From: a virus
Reading direction: 5' to 3' (one strand)
Virus genome (UHGV): UHGV-0285588
DNA: 46,380 nt
Below the pieces are notes generated by a model. It was not told the DNA's origin and made no database searches. It saw only the letters and a program-made list of their open reading frames with translations. Both the position numbers and the translations under genes were made by a program. Below are positions 27,184 through 35,955 of the stretch, piece by piece (position 1 is the first letter of the stretch; every line of letters begins with the position of its first letter).

Positions 27184-27668
27184 TTCATCCCCTCACCGTG
27201 TTTAAATTTATATGTTTTAACGTTCGAGTCAGTGAACGCATCCAGAACTGACGCGGTAATTACCGCCTGCTCAGCGGTCTGCCCCAAATACATTGCGGTC
27301 ATAGCGAAGTCGCGCCCACAACCAGCGGCAAGCGGGGGAGTGACTGCGTAAACCGCCGGATATTTATTGCCAGGAATCTTCTGGATGGCAAAACAGCTTC
27401 CTTTCTCTGTGAATACCCACTGAGTAAAGTCAAGCTCTCCAGGCATTTCCATAATGTCATCAACAGCCCGCCGCATGAACTGCTTCGCATATCGTTCATC
27501 GCCAGCAGCACCACTACCAACAATCAATACAGCCAGCTCACCGCAAATAAAAAACTTATCATTTTCATCAAGTACAAAAGACTTTTGCTGGTTAGCCATA
27601 ATCAGGCTTCCGGCAGTGGACTGACTATCGTGCGCAATCGTAACCCCATCCCATGCAATTGTTGTCAT
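27180..27668 (-). CDS. HslV / proteasome beta-subunit-like Ntn-hydrolase peptidase
   Basis: An N-terminal MTTIAWDG places Thr at position 2, as in HslV (TTIV). GSGAAG and AAGCG blocks resemble the GSGG and GG motifs of HslV. 162 aa. Confidence 0.5.
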   Translation of the reverse strand: MTTIAWDGVTIAHDSQSTAGSLIMANQQKSFVLDENDKFFICGELAVLIVGSGAAGDERYAKQFMRRAVDDIMEMPGELDFTQWVFTEKGSCFAIQKIPGNKYPAVYAVTPPLAAGCGRDFAMTAMYLGQTAEQAVITASVLDAFTDSNVKTYKFKHGEGMK

Positions 27669-27699
27669 TTTATCGCCTCAATCATAAATACGATACCCT

Positions 27700-27939
27700 T
27701 CATAAATCACCACCCTCATCGTTATTTAACTCAACATTCCGAAAGAAATCATTAATCGTCTTCAGCCCGCTGTAACCACGACGCCGCTGCAACTCACACA
27801 GCACTTCATCATACATGCGCAGAAGAATAGCCTCATCAACATCGTACCTTTCGCACAGTGCTTCATCAGACACGCCAGCTCTTGCGAGTGAGTATATTTT
27901 TTCCTTCTGCTCCCACGAAAAAGATGAGTATGCCTTCAT
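27700..27939 (-). CDS. hypothetical protein (79 aa)
   Basis: Track ORF. Confidence 0.35.
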   Translation of the reverse strand: MKAYSSFSWEQKEKIYSLARAGVSDEALCERYDVDEAILLRMYDEVLCELQRRRGYSGLKTINDFFRNVELNNDEGGDL

Positions 27940-27972
27940 GATGCCCCCGGTGATGTAGTTATGTCAATGGCC

Positions 27973-28006
27973 TTGACGTAGATTCTAGCATGGCGTAGAT
28001 TAAAAT
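27973..28006 (+). promoter_or_regulatory. motif pair. TTGACGTAGATTCT at 27973-27986, TGGCGTAGATTAAAAT at 27991-28006.
   Basis: Upstream of the ATG at 28028. Confidence 0.55.
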
Positions 28007-28027
28007 GAAACCTCTCGGAGAAATCTT

Positions 28028-28318
28028 ATGAAATGTGTCATTTTCGAGCTTGATGGCGTGCTGCGCGATGCTGAGGGTAATGCCATTGCTGGCAACGTTG
28101 CGCTGGCTAAGTCGCTCTACTCTGCCGGGCATGACGTGCTTATCATGAGGGCAAAGCATGCGTATGAATGGCTGCATGCTAACGATGTTTTCTATGATGA
28201 CATCATGGCATCGCACCAGCAGATTGACGCAGACAGAGTGGCAATGGCGGTCGTGTCTGATGAGGTGATTTACGCGGCCATGCGCAATGCGGGGATTCAT
28301 TGCTGGCTTTATAAATAG
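28028..28318 (+). CDS. hypothetical protein (96 aa), weak HAD-like motif I
   Basis: VIFELDGVL resembles the hhhDxDGTL motif of HAD hydrolases, but the protein is too short to be a full HAD fold. Confidence 0.35.
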   Translation: MKCVIFELDGVLRDAEGNAIAGNVALAKSLYSAGHDVLIMRAKHAYEWLHANDVFYDDIMASHQQIDADRVAMAVVSDEVIYAAMRNAGIHCWLYK

Positions 28319-28338
28319 ACCCCTGCTGGGGTCTCATC

Positions 28339-30873
28339 TCATCTCCTGCTCCTTCTAATCCATCCAGAGCCACGCTGTACGATGTGATCGTTGCATGCAT
28401 ATCTGATTGCGTCAATGAAGTGGTTCCACGCATCCACAATATTTGTTAGCACGTTACCCGTCAGCTTGTCCACCTTGTAACTGTACATAGTGAACTCTTC
28501 CTGAGTCTGTGTGCAGCGGTCATGAATGATGATGCTGTCGCAACCCCTGAGCCAGGTTACACCATCCTCCACGCTCCCGGGCCACTTATTGCATGGATGG
28601 ATATCAAATCCTGCGCGTTTGATGTGACTGATTGTTTCTGGCCGAGAGCAGTCCCCATACCATCTTGCCTTCCTGGAGAGTGGGAATGATTGCTCCATCG
28701 CTGTAGGTGTGTCGGTAATCTCAAGGCCTACACGGCCGTATTCGCGCGCGACGTAAAGGTTGCGGCGGTCATCAGGAAGTTTCTCAATGTAAACCTCAAC
28801 CATCGCCGTTGCGTCCTGCGAGAATCCAAAGTCGATGCCAAAGTAAGGCCCATGCCATTCCGGCTTAACCTCGAAATCAGCAACGCGCCACTTACCGCCA
28901 AATACCTGCTCATCATTACGCTTATTAAAGCGCCCACCCCACACCCATTGATAGCGGTCGAAGTCGGTTTCTTTCATGCGCTGCATTTGGCTTGGGAGCG
29001 GAGTATCCCAGAACCACGGATTGTCTGAGTAATTACACTCGATAATCAGGTTTTCATCATCCTCATAGATGCCGCCATTTTCGCGCAATTTATTATAAAA
29101 AGGCTCAACCCATATTTTCCACGTCGGGTCATGCTCTTTATTTGGGTTGAAAGTCACCCATATCTCTGACCCTTCAGCGCGGACTGTTGGGGTGAGGATT
29201 TCCCAGCTTGTCTGGCTGACGTTTTCCGCCTCCTCGACCCAAGCTACTGTAATGCCAGCGAAGCCTTTTACGGTCGTCTGGTTGCGATACAGGCCTTTAA
29301 AACGGAACTTTGCTTTCGTTACCTTGTGTGTTATTTCGTTGTTGATGACGCGAAACTCTTTTGTCTCGCCCTTCCTGTCAATCTCGTCTTTCAGCTCCTG
29401 ATATGAACTATCCTCAATAGACTGCTGAATCTCACGAAAACAAGCTATCCTGTCAGGCTTAAAGCGTGCACGCTCCGTAAGTATTGTTGTTACTGTCCTT
29501 GTTTTTCCGCTGTTGTGTGTAACCGTGCCATCAGCAAGCAGGAAAAGATGATCGCCATCAATAGTGAACCCAGCGTATTCACCATGCCCGACATAAGACA
29601 ATGACACCTCAGTCATCTTTCCACGGGTTGACTTGGTTTTCTCTGCTATCTTCCTTTTTACTCGGCATGGGATTGTATGAAGGTCACCACTAACGAACAC
29701 CTCCCACACATCCTTTTCGTATATTCTTTTCTCGCCTTTATACTCAAAGGTGACATCGGTCTTTTTGATTATGCTTGACTTGAAGCCAAGTGATCTTGCC
29801 ACATCCATCAAAGAGAAGGCTATATCTTTATTTATTGATGTAAAACAATAGCTTTTCTTTTCTTTGTGGTAATGCGAATCAGTATCCAATAGCCCAGCCA
29901 GAATCTGAAGTCTTACCTCTCTGCTGTTTTTGATATAGCAGTCAGGTATGTGTTTATTATTAATCACCCCAAGCTGCTGCATTTTAGTTAGTAACGGGTT
30001 GGTGTTCTTCCCCATGCCAGCAGCTCGACCATTAGTTATCGCATAGACAGGGCATCTATCATCGTCGCGAACCTTTACCTGCATCCCGTATTGGCTTGCC
30101 ACGTTGTGAATGTAGTCAACTATCTCTGGATCAGGCGTGCACACTTCAACACCACGAGATGAACCATCACCTAACCATAAACCAAGAAAGTACGGGTCAA
30201 CTGGGACGCTTTGGTCATTAAAATCCCATCCTGTTCGCCACCCTTTAAAGACATGGCGGAACTTTTTGGAAGTTGCGCGCGACAAATATTCTGAAACACC
30301 AATATTCAGTATTTCAGGTTCATTCGGGTAATAACGATAAATTCTTTTACCATCCGGTGTTTTTGTCTCGTCACTGATAGCAGATGGAATCTTTCGTAAT
30401 GACAGTATGTGACTTGAGTTGACGGTGTAGTCATCAGCATATTTTTGATGAACCGTATACATGTCATCAAACCCACGACAGATGTTTAAAACATTTCGTG
30501 GTTTACTGTCTGGACCCATAACCTTATCGCCAACAACGATATCCTCTACGCGTTTTAGGCTACCATCAAACATCCTCACCATCGTGCCGATGGCTAAGCA
30601 TCCGCGCCCGCCAAACACAATCTTATTACGCTTGGGGTAAAGTAGCTTTTCCAGCTTTTCTGGTATCAGGTGATCAACGCCAATATCAGAGTCGCTAACG
30701 TCATCAACTCCGCTTTGCGTCATTTTGAGTTTGCGAACAATCTGCTTATCTGTATTAACAACACCGAACACCGCAGATTCAGGCGCATCAATCACGCCAT
30801 CGCCAATAATCTCTTCAAGTTTTTCAATTGCTGGTGCTGACAGTCTTTTGCGTGCCATATATAGATTCCTCAT
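28339..30873 (-). CDS. terminase large subunit, containing an intein
   Basis: The Walker A motif is split (VFGGRG | intein | SGKTRT). The extein has terminase ATPase and nuclease-like regions. Confidence 0.8.
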   Translation of the reverse strand: MRNLYMARKRLSAPAIEKLEEIIGDGVIDAPESAVFGVVNTDKQIVRKLKMTQSGVDDVSDSDIGVDHLIPEKLEKLLYPKRNKIVFGGRGCLAIGTMVRMFDGSLKRVEDIVVGDKVMGPDSKPRNVLNICRGFDDMYTVHQKYADDYTVNSSHILSLRKIPSAISDETKTPDGKRIYRYYPNEPEILNIGVSEYLSRATSKKFRHVFKGWRTGWDFNDQSVPVDPYFLGLWLGDGSSRGVEVCTPDPEIVDYIHNVASQYGMQVKVRDDDRCPVYAITNGRAAGMGKNTNPLLTKMQQLGVINNKHIPDCYIKNSREVRLQILAGLLDTDSHYHKEKKSYCFTSINKDIAFSLMDVARSLGFKSSIIKKTDVTFEYKGEKRIYEKDVWEVFVSGDLHTIPCRVKRKIAEKTKSTRGKMTEVSLSYVGHGEYAGFTIDGDHLFLLADGTVTHNSGKTRTVTTILTERARFKPDRIACFREIQQSIEDSSYQELKDEIDRKGETKEFRVINNEITHKVTKAKFRFKGLYRNQTTVKGFAGITVAWVEEAENVSQTSWEILTPTVRAEGSEIWVTFNPNKEHDPTWKIWVEPFYNKLRENGGIYEDDENLIIECNYSDNPWFWDTPLPSQMQRMKETDFDRYQWVWGGRFNKRNDEQVFGGKWRVADFEVKPEWHGPYFGIDFGFSQDATAMVEVYIEKLPDDRRNLYVAREYGRVGLEITDTPTAMEQSFPLSRKARWYGDCSRPETISHIKRAGFDIHPCNKWPGSVEDGVTWLRGCDSIIIHDRCTQTQEEFTMYSYKVDKLTGNVLTNIVDAWNHFIDAIRYACNDHIVQRGSGWIRRSRR
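29512..30600 (-). mobile_element. intein with LAGLIDADG homing endonuclease (363 aa) inserted in the terminase P-loop
   Basis: Starts with Cys (CLAIGTMV) and ends with THN followed by Ser at +1. Two LAGLIDADG blocks are present (LGLWLGDGSS and LAGLLDTDSH). Confidence 0.75.
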
Positions 30874-30957
30874 CAGGGCATCATTGAAGTGAATGCAGCA
30901 GGCGGTGATGAGTCGCTTTTCGGGTGCCCCCTAGCCGCATTAATTATTATAAATCAG

Positions 30958-31374
30958 TTACTGTTGCTGCTCCAGTAATTTCTCCAGTCTCTCAAGGCGC
31001 GCGGCGAGCTCTGTTACTTCTTCGATATCAAGCCCAGTCCTGATAACCTCAGCAAATGTCTTGCCAATGTCCACAGGTATAACGCCAGCGGCTATGCCAC
31101 GAATAACGGCGTCAATCTTCTGAACAGGGGTTCCGTCATCAGGGAAGTCCACCTCAAACACTGGGGCGACTGGTTTCGGCAACGGACTGAACCGAACGAT
31201 AAGCTCCTTCATCATTGCAGTGTCACGTTCAATCATCGCCATCTCAACGATGGTGTCATAGAGCTTTTCCTCACTAAATCCCTTTCTCTCAAGAGCTTCA
31301 ACGAGCAACTTACGCTTGTCTTTCCCGCGTTTGTTTTGTGGTTGATTTTCTTTACTGAATAGCTTTTTAGCCAT
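30958..31374 (-). CDS. terminase small subunit
   Basis: 138 aa, basic N-terminus, coiled-coil C-terminus. Immediately upstream of the large terminase gene. Confidence 0.5.
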   Translation of the reverse strand: MAKKLFSKENQPQNKRGKDKRKLLVEALERKGFSEEKLYDTIVEMAMIERDTAMMKELIVRFSPLPKPVAPVFEVDFPDDGTPVQKIDAVIRGIAAGVIPVDIGKTFAEVIRTGLDIEEVTELAARLERLEKLLEQQQ

Positions 31375-31420
31375 AGATAAAACCTATCAATATTCCGCTT
31401 TTTTTCCGTTATTCGATATT

Positions 31421-31445
31421 GTAACAGATTCTACACCATGACGTT
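31421..31445 (-). promoter_or_regulatory. minus-strand motif TGGTGTAGAATCTGTTACAAT upstream of the terminase genes
   Basis: Contains TAGAAT and TACAAT, which are -10-like hexamers. A terminator lies just upstream. Confidence 0.45.
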
Positions 31446-31449
31446 AATG

Positions 31450-31480
31450 GCAAAAAAAGAACCCGCCGAAGCGGGTTAAA
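31450..31480 (-). terminator. intrinsic terminator (minus)
   Basis: aacccgcttcggcgggttcttttttt on the minus strand. Confidence 0.6.
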
Positions 31481-31673
31481 GGGTGGTGGGTGATGATTGA
31501 TGAGATGATTGTACATCAGTTTTCGCATAACACCAAACATTACAGTTATTGCTTTGAACGTGAACCACCTCAATCGCATCAGGAAAGGCTTTTGCGATTG
31601 CTGATATGAATTGGTCAACTTCTTCGAGCTTAGCCTTCTGCCACACCTCCTGCTTTGATTTTTGCGGCATCAC
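31476..31673 (-). CDS. hypothetical protein (65 aa)
   Basis: Track ORF ending at the terminator. The overlapping ORF 31409..31618 is rejected. Confidence 0.4.
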   Translation of the reverse strand: MMPQKSKQEVWQKAKLEEVDQFISAIAKAFPDAIEVVHVQSNNCNVWCYAKTDVQSSHQSSPTTL

Positions 31674-31828
31674 TGATACCTCGTAGTTGAGTACATATGC
31701 CGAAGCATGCCGTTATGCTCAACCACCATCATCATACTGCCAACCTGAATGACGGCATGATGCTTACCAGTCTCCTCATAAAGAAAATCAGCCTCTTCGC
31801 ACGCCGCCTGAATGTCGCTCCACAACAT
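31670..31828 (-). CDS. hypothetical small protein (about 52 aa)
   Basis: MLWSDIQAACEEADFLYEETGKHHAVIQVGSMMMVVEHNGMLRHMYSTTRYQ. GAGGTGA ribosome-binding site and an ATGA overlap with the next gene. Not in the track. Confidence 0.25.
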   Translation of the reverse strand: MLWSDIQAACEEADFLYEETGKHHAVIQVGSMMMVVEHNGMLRHMYSTTRYQ

Positions 31829-31920
31829 GATTCACCTCACGATAAAGTATATAGCCAGTGCAACGGCAATTCAGAATGCCAGCAGTGATACTGCAATTAG
31901 CCTGCGGATGATGTATGGTT

Positions 31921-32973
31921 TCATGGTTTATCCTCCTGCGGAGCTGATGGCAGAGGTTGCCAGTGGGTTATCTTTGCGTATGTATCTACCCAGTAACCCC
32001 AAGGTTGAGGCTGCGAACCAGTTGCGTAGTGAGCAGTGAATACGCGTTCTCCATCAAATACATTCACTTCAATGTCGCTGTATTCGCAATCAGCAGAAGG
32101 GGTCAATGGCATCCGCTCGCTTACCGGAATCCATTTGCCCGGCACGGTGGCCGGCTCGATGACGGGTGACTGCTGGCCAGCTGCTAACGTGGAGTCGATG
32201 ATATACTGGCGCATCCAGTTAGCTCCACGTGCAAACACGTCTACCGGGTCTCCGTGGTAATCACCTATTTCATATGCCTGCTCTGGTGTCATTTCCTCCG
32301 GATATACCGGTGCTGGCTGCGCGTGACGATATAGCTTCGTACCGTATGGCATTTGCTGAATGCCTACAAGCGGTCTAATCTCTCGCTCCCCAAAATCTTC
32401 GGGGTCACCATAAATTGAAACCACTTCTGCCACCGGCTCGCTGTCCATTGCGGACAGCGCCAGTTCAGCAGGCTGCAGGTCAGCCAATATTTCTTCGCGC
32501 GCGCTTTCGAATGCTGTCTGTCGTGATGCCATTTTCAGAGCTTTGGCGATGCTGTGGTTTGCCTTGCTCATTTGGCCCCCCTCGCGCAGCTGCTTGGCGA
32601 ACTTAAGCGCCTCTTCGGTCGTGCCATTCCAGCGGCCGCCCCTACTGGAAACCCACTCCTCCACCCCATCAGCCTTAATACCGGCTACGATGCGATCTGA
32701 GGCCGGGGTCGTTTCTTGCGGAGATACAGCAATACGAATGGTTTCTAGTGCCGGGTCAGTTTCAACTGTTGGCACCTTGATATAACCTAACTGCACCCCG
32801 TTCATGATGAACATGCGGCGATCATCGCTCGTCGCCTTCAGCGCTATATTCTCCGCAGCCAGCTGCACGCACAGCTTTGCCACCTTGAGGTATTTTCCCT
32901 CTTTGATTGAGATTTCACCAACGCTCTCAAGATTTTTAATAATTTCCTGAACTTCGTTAATTTCGATATCCAT
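31921..32973 (-). CDS. DUF551-domain early protein
   Basis: The C-terminal GKWIPVSERMPL...THWQPLPSAP matches the DUF551 pattern common in phage early proteins. Confidence 0.5.
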   Translation of the reverse strand: MDIEINEVQEIIKNLESVGEISIKEGKYLKVAKLCVQLAAENIALKATSDDRRMFIMNGVQLGYIKVPTVETDPALETIRIAVSPQETTPASDRIVAGIKADGVEEWVSSRGGRWNGTTEEALKFAKQLREGGQMSKANHSIAKALKMASRQTAFESAREEILADLQPAELALSAMDSEPVAEVVSIYGDPEDFGEREIRPLVGIQQMPYGTKLYRHAQPAPVYPEEMTPEQAYEIGDYHGDPVDVFARGANWMRQYIIDSTLAAGQQSPVIEPATVPGKWIPVSERMPLTPSADCEYSDIEVNVFDGERVFTAHYATGSQPQPWGYWVDTYAKITHWQPLPSAPQEDKP

Positions 32974-32979
32974 AAATCC

Positions 32980-33258
32980 TCACTTAACCGCCTGCAAACG
33001 CTCAAGCTCACGCATCAGTGCAGATACACGGCGTTGCCGCAAAGTCTCTGCATGCTCTTTTGCCTGCTGCTCATCAAGCCAGTATTCACCACGTTTAAAG
33101 TAAACATCGCCAACTACAGCTACCTGTCCATCAGCAAACAGCTGTGCGCTTTCGTACTTCTGAATGCCACGGGTCAGCGCATACTTCGTAACCCATATTG
33201 TCTCTGCGCTTGCTGCGTTAGCGATAACCAGTAAAACCACTGCCAGTAATTTATTCAT
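32980..33258 (-). CDS. secreted small protein (signal peptide)
   Basis: MNKLLAVVLLVIANAASA is a cleavable signal peptide. 92 aa. Confidence 0.5.
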   Translation of the reverse strand: MNKLLAVVLLVIANAASAETIWVTKYALTRGIQKYESAQLFADGQVAVVGDVYFKRGEYWLDEQQAKEHAETLRQRRVSALMRELERLQAVK

Positions 33259-33273
33259 TGTTGCTAAACCGGT

Positions 33274-33468
33274 TTAGTTTCCACCAGATGACACTATGAC
33301 CTGCTCAAGCACTCTCTTCTTGCCTTCGCCACTAAAAACGCGACAGACTCTCTTACCGTTGCTGTATGCATGCATCGCCTGCGCCATCATAAAGTTTTGC
33401 GCTTTCACTGCGCCCATTTCTGGTTCCAGTTGAGTGCGCGTGTAGATTGCTTTGGTCATTTTCATCAC
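33274..33468 (-). CDS. hypothetical protein (64 aa)
   Basis: Track ORF, first gene of a minus cassette. Confidence 0.4.
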   Translation of the reverse strand: MMKMTKAIYTRTQLEPEMGAVKAQNFMMAQAMHAYSNGKRVCRVFSGEGKKRVLEQVIVSSGGN

Positions 33469-33505
33469 CTCTTTGTTGTTGGTGTGGTAACTATACGATG
33501 GCGCT

Positions 33506-33519
33506 CAATCTACGTCAAT
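33506..33519 (-). promoter_or_regulatory. minus-strand copy of TTGACGTAGATTGA
   Basis: The plus strand reads TCAATCTACGTCAA, about 40 nt upstream of the minus start at 33468. Confidence 0.5.
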
Positions 33520-33534
33520 ATGATGGTGAAAATA

Positions 33535-33930
33535 AATCCGCCTGGGGTAAAATTTACCCCTGTGGGTAAGGTGCTGGGGCAGGTTAATTGCCCCAGATTT
33601 TTCGCGGTAAGTTAATGTTAATATTGTAATTTAACAATTTAGGGGCAGCAGGGTATGTTTTCACTCATATCCCCTTATATATAACCCATATAATTCATTT
33701 GTTAATTTATTGTTAAAATAAAATCTATAATATGAATAATAATATACCCAATTAACCCAACTACTACTACTATTATTATAATACATACACTTACAGTAAA
33801 AAATCTTGGGGAAGATGGCCTTCCCCACAGTTAACCCAGCTAACCCTAAACAAAGTTTGTTTGCGGACGCTTTACGGAGGGTAATTTATGGGGTATCATG
33901 GTTAAAAGTCGTTAGCGAGGGTAAATTATG
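33535..33930. promoter_or_regulatory. candidate replication origin / control region with palindromes, GGTAA(A/T)TT iteron-like repeats and a 160-nt tract that is about 85 percent AT
   Basis: Perfect palindromes ggggtaaaatttacccc, ctggggcaggttaattgccccag and tggggaagatggccttcccca. Repeated GGTAA-type words. AT-rich low-complexity tract (actactactactattattataata). Confidence 0.4.
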
Positions 33931-34185
33931 TCTGCACATGGAAAGCTACTTAAGAAAAAAAGACTTTCATCATCCGGTGGCGGAAGGCCATCATCTACCG
34001 GGTTTAGAGGGGTTGACTTCCATAAGCACTCTGGATATTTCAGGGCTAGGATTGTTGTTAACCGACTAAGGTATGAGCTTGGCAGGTTTGAAACGGCAGA
34101 GGAGGCAAACGCAGCCGTACTTAAAGCTAAGCAGTGGCTATCAGAGAACCCACACGAATCATTTGCAACCGAGTATGAGGTTTAA
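33928..34185 (+). CDS. AP2-domain DNA-binding protein
   Basis: GFRGV...GYFRARI...LGRFETAEEANAAVLKA is the AP2/ERF-type fold signature. Good ribosome-binding site (GAGGGTAAATT-ATG). Confidence 0.6.
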   Translation: MSAHGKLLKKKRLSSSGGGRPSSTGFRGVDFHKHSGYFRARIVVNRLRYELGRFETAEEANAAVLKAKQWLSENPHESFATEYEV

Positions 34186-35739
34186 ATGATTACAGCACAG
34201 GAAATCTTCAATCAGGCAAGAGAGGCGCACACCTCTGCGGCGCGCGTAGCCATTCATCATGGCATGACACCAAGCCATAACATGTGGCCGGAAATCAAGG
34301 AAGGACAGGAGAAGGATGTAACATACTCGGAGATAGAGCTTACCAGCGACAACAGGAAAGACCTGATAACGCGCTACTCAGTTGCGGCGGCGAGGGCTGT
34401 GCAATTCCCTGTTAGCACATCATTCATGCACCTGCTTGGCTGCGTAGCAAGTGCCATGACGCGAAATTTTAGCGTTGAATACTACGGTTCTGAATTGCCT
34501 GTTTCCTTGTATGTGGTGACGTCGCAGCCGCCATCAGCTGGCAAGACAGCCATCAACTCAATGCACATGAACCCGATAAAAATTGAGTATGACAACCTGT
34601 CAAAAAAGATGGAGAAGGAAATTGTAAAGATAAACATTCGCATTGAAGACCTGATGAAGGCTTACAAGGAAGCGACGAATCAGAACGCGAAGGCCATCAT
34701 TGGAGATGACATTGCGAAAGAGAAGGAAAAGCTGGAAAGTCTTTACACCATCACCTACCCGTTAACCGATGCAACGCCAGAAGCTGTGCAGCACCAGGCA
34801 ATTCATGAGGGTGGTTTTTTCAACCTGATAAGTGATGAGGCAAGCGTTTTAAATACCTGTCTTGGCCTTTCGTATGGCAAGGATGGAGGCAAGTCTAACG
34901 CCGAGGTCATCCTGAAGGGTTGGGATGGCGGGTTTGTTGGCTCAGCTCGCGTTGGTCGTGGTGTTTCATCTGGCTATGTGCTTGGTAACATCAGCGTCAT
35001 TGCGCAGGATGAAAGTATTGATGCCATTCTTTCGGCTGGCGACAGGGGTAATGGATTGTCAGAGCGATTCCTGATGCTTCGTGAACAGTCGATGTTGGGT
35101 TATCGTGAGCATTGGGATGTAGAAAATGATTGCCCGGTAAGTAAGCCAATGCCTAAAGAACTAAAGGCAGAATATGCCAGGTTTGTGCATAACCTTGTGG
35201 CTTCTGAGAAGGTTGTTTTCTCCCTCGCTAAAGAATCGCAGCGTATGATTGGACTTTTACGAAACCAGTGGGAAAAGAATTTTCTTCCTGGTGGAAAATG
35301 GGATCATGTTTTGCTTCGTGGCGCCATGGGTAAGGCTGACAAACAGATAATCAGGCTTTCAGCAATATTCCATGCCGCTGAAAACTGGTGCGATGGCGGG
35401 CGTCGCTCAAAAATTATTGGTGAGGAGCATATAAGCCGCGCCATAAGCGTTTATGATGCACTAACAAAAACATTTACCGATGCCGTTGAGTCAAATGGAT
35501 ACGCTGGCGAGAAATCAGAAATTGATGTCGTTGCTGAAAAATTGCGCACAGCTGCGCAAAAAGGAAAGACAAATGTCACGGTGAAATGGCTTTATGATTC
35601 ACTAAAAAACGTTAGGCCATTCAAGGGCATACCGCATATTTACGACAGACTCAAGTCAAACGTTTTGCCGTCTCTTGAAGAAGATGGATATTGCGTATTC
35701 CTCAATAATACTGTTTACCTGAATCCGAGGCTTAAATGA
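34186..35739 (+). CDS. replication-associated protein, DUF3987-like (primase/helicase-associated)
   Basis: 517 aa with a P-loop-like SAGKT. Adjacent to the putative origin and the AP2 protein. Family call is from memory and tentative. Confidence 0.35.
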   Translation: MITAQEIFNQAREAHTSAARVAIHHGMTPSHNMWPEIKEGQEKDVTYSEIELTSDNRKDLITRYSVAAARAVQFPVSTSFMHLLGCVASAMTRNFSVEYYGSELPVSLYVVTSQPPSAGKTAINSMHMNPIKIEYDNLSKKMEKEIVKINIRIEDLMKAYKEATNQNAKAIIGDDIAKEKEKLESLYTITYPLTDATPEAVQHQAIHEGGFFNLISDEASVLNTCLGLSYGKDGGKSNAEVILKGWDGGFVGSARVGRGVSSGYVLGNISVIAQDESIDAILSAGDRGNGLSERFLMLREQSMLGYREHWDVENDCPVSKPMPKELKAEYARFVHNLVASEKVVFSLAKESQRMIGLLRNQWEKNFLPGGKWDHVLLRGAMGKADKQIIRLSAIFHAAENWCDGGRRSKIIGEEHISRAISVYDALTKTFTDAVESNGYAGEKSEIDVVAEKLRTAAQKGKTNVTVKWLYDSLKNVRPFKGIPHIYDRLKSNVLPSLEEDGYCVFLNNTVYLNPRLK

Positions 35740-35927
35740 TGAAGATAAAAGGTTACTTAGTAAGGTCAGAAGGCGCATATCATTTTAGGCCTTATGGTTG
35801 GAGTGTTTGGTTTTTCTGGAGTAAATTTCACGGCTGCTGGTTAATATCAAACTATCATGTTATTGATAGTTACTGGCATCGTCACCTTTATGGAAGTGTG
35901 GATATAAGAAAATTGATGATACGATAA
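35736..35927 (+). CDS. hypothetical Trp-rich small protein (63 aa)
   Basis: Track ORF with odd composition. Confidence 0.25.
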   Translation: MMKIKGYLVRSEGAYHFRPYGWSVWFFWSKFHGCWLISNYHVIDSYWHRHLYGSVDIRKLMIR

Positions 35928-35955
35928 CAAAAACCCTCCATCAGGAGGGTTTGTT
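35922..35955. terminator. bidirectional terminator (aaaaccctccatcaggagggtttgtttttt)
   Basis: Hairpin flanked by A and T runs, between convergent genes. Confidence 0.7.

Noticed and set aside
31409-31618. 69-aa minus ORF
   Set aside because: It spans an intrinsic terminator hairpin and overlaps the better-supported ORF 31476..31673. Sequence is junk-like.
33806-34069. 87-aa ORF overlapping the AP2 gene
   Set aside because: Out of frame with the AP2 gene, which has a strong ribosome-binding site and a domain. The ORF begins in the putative origin region.
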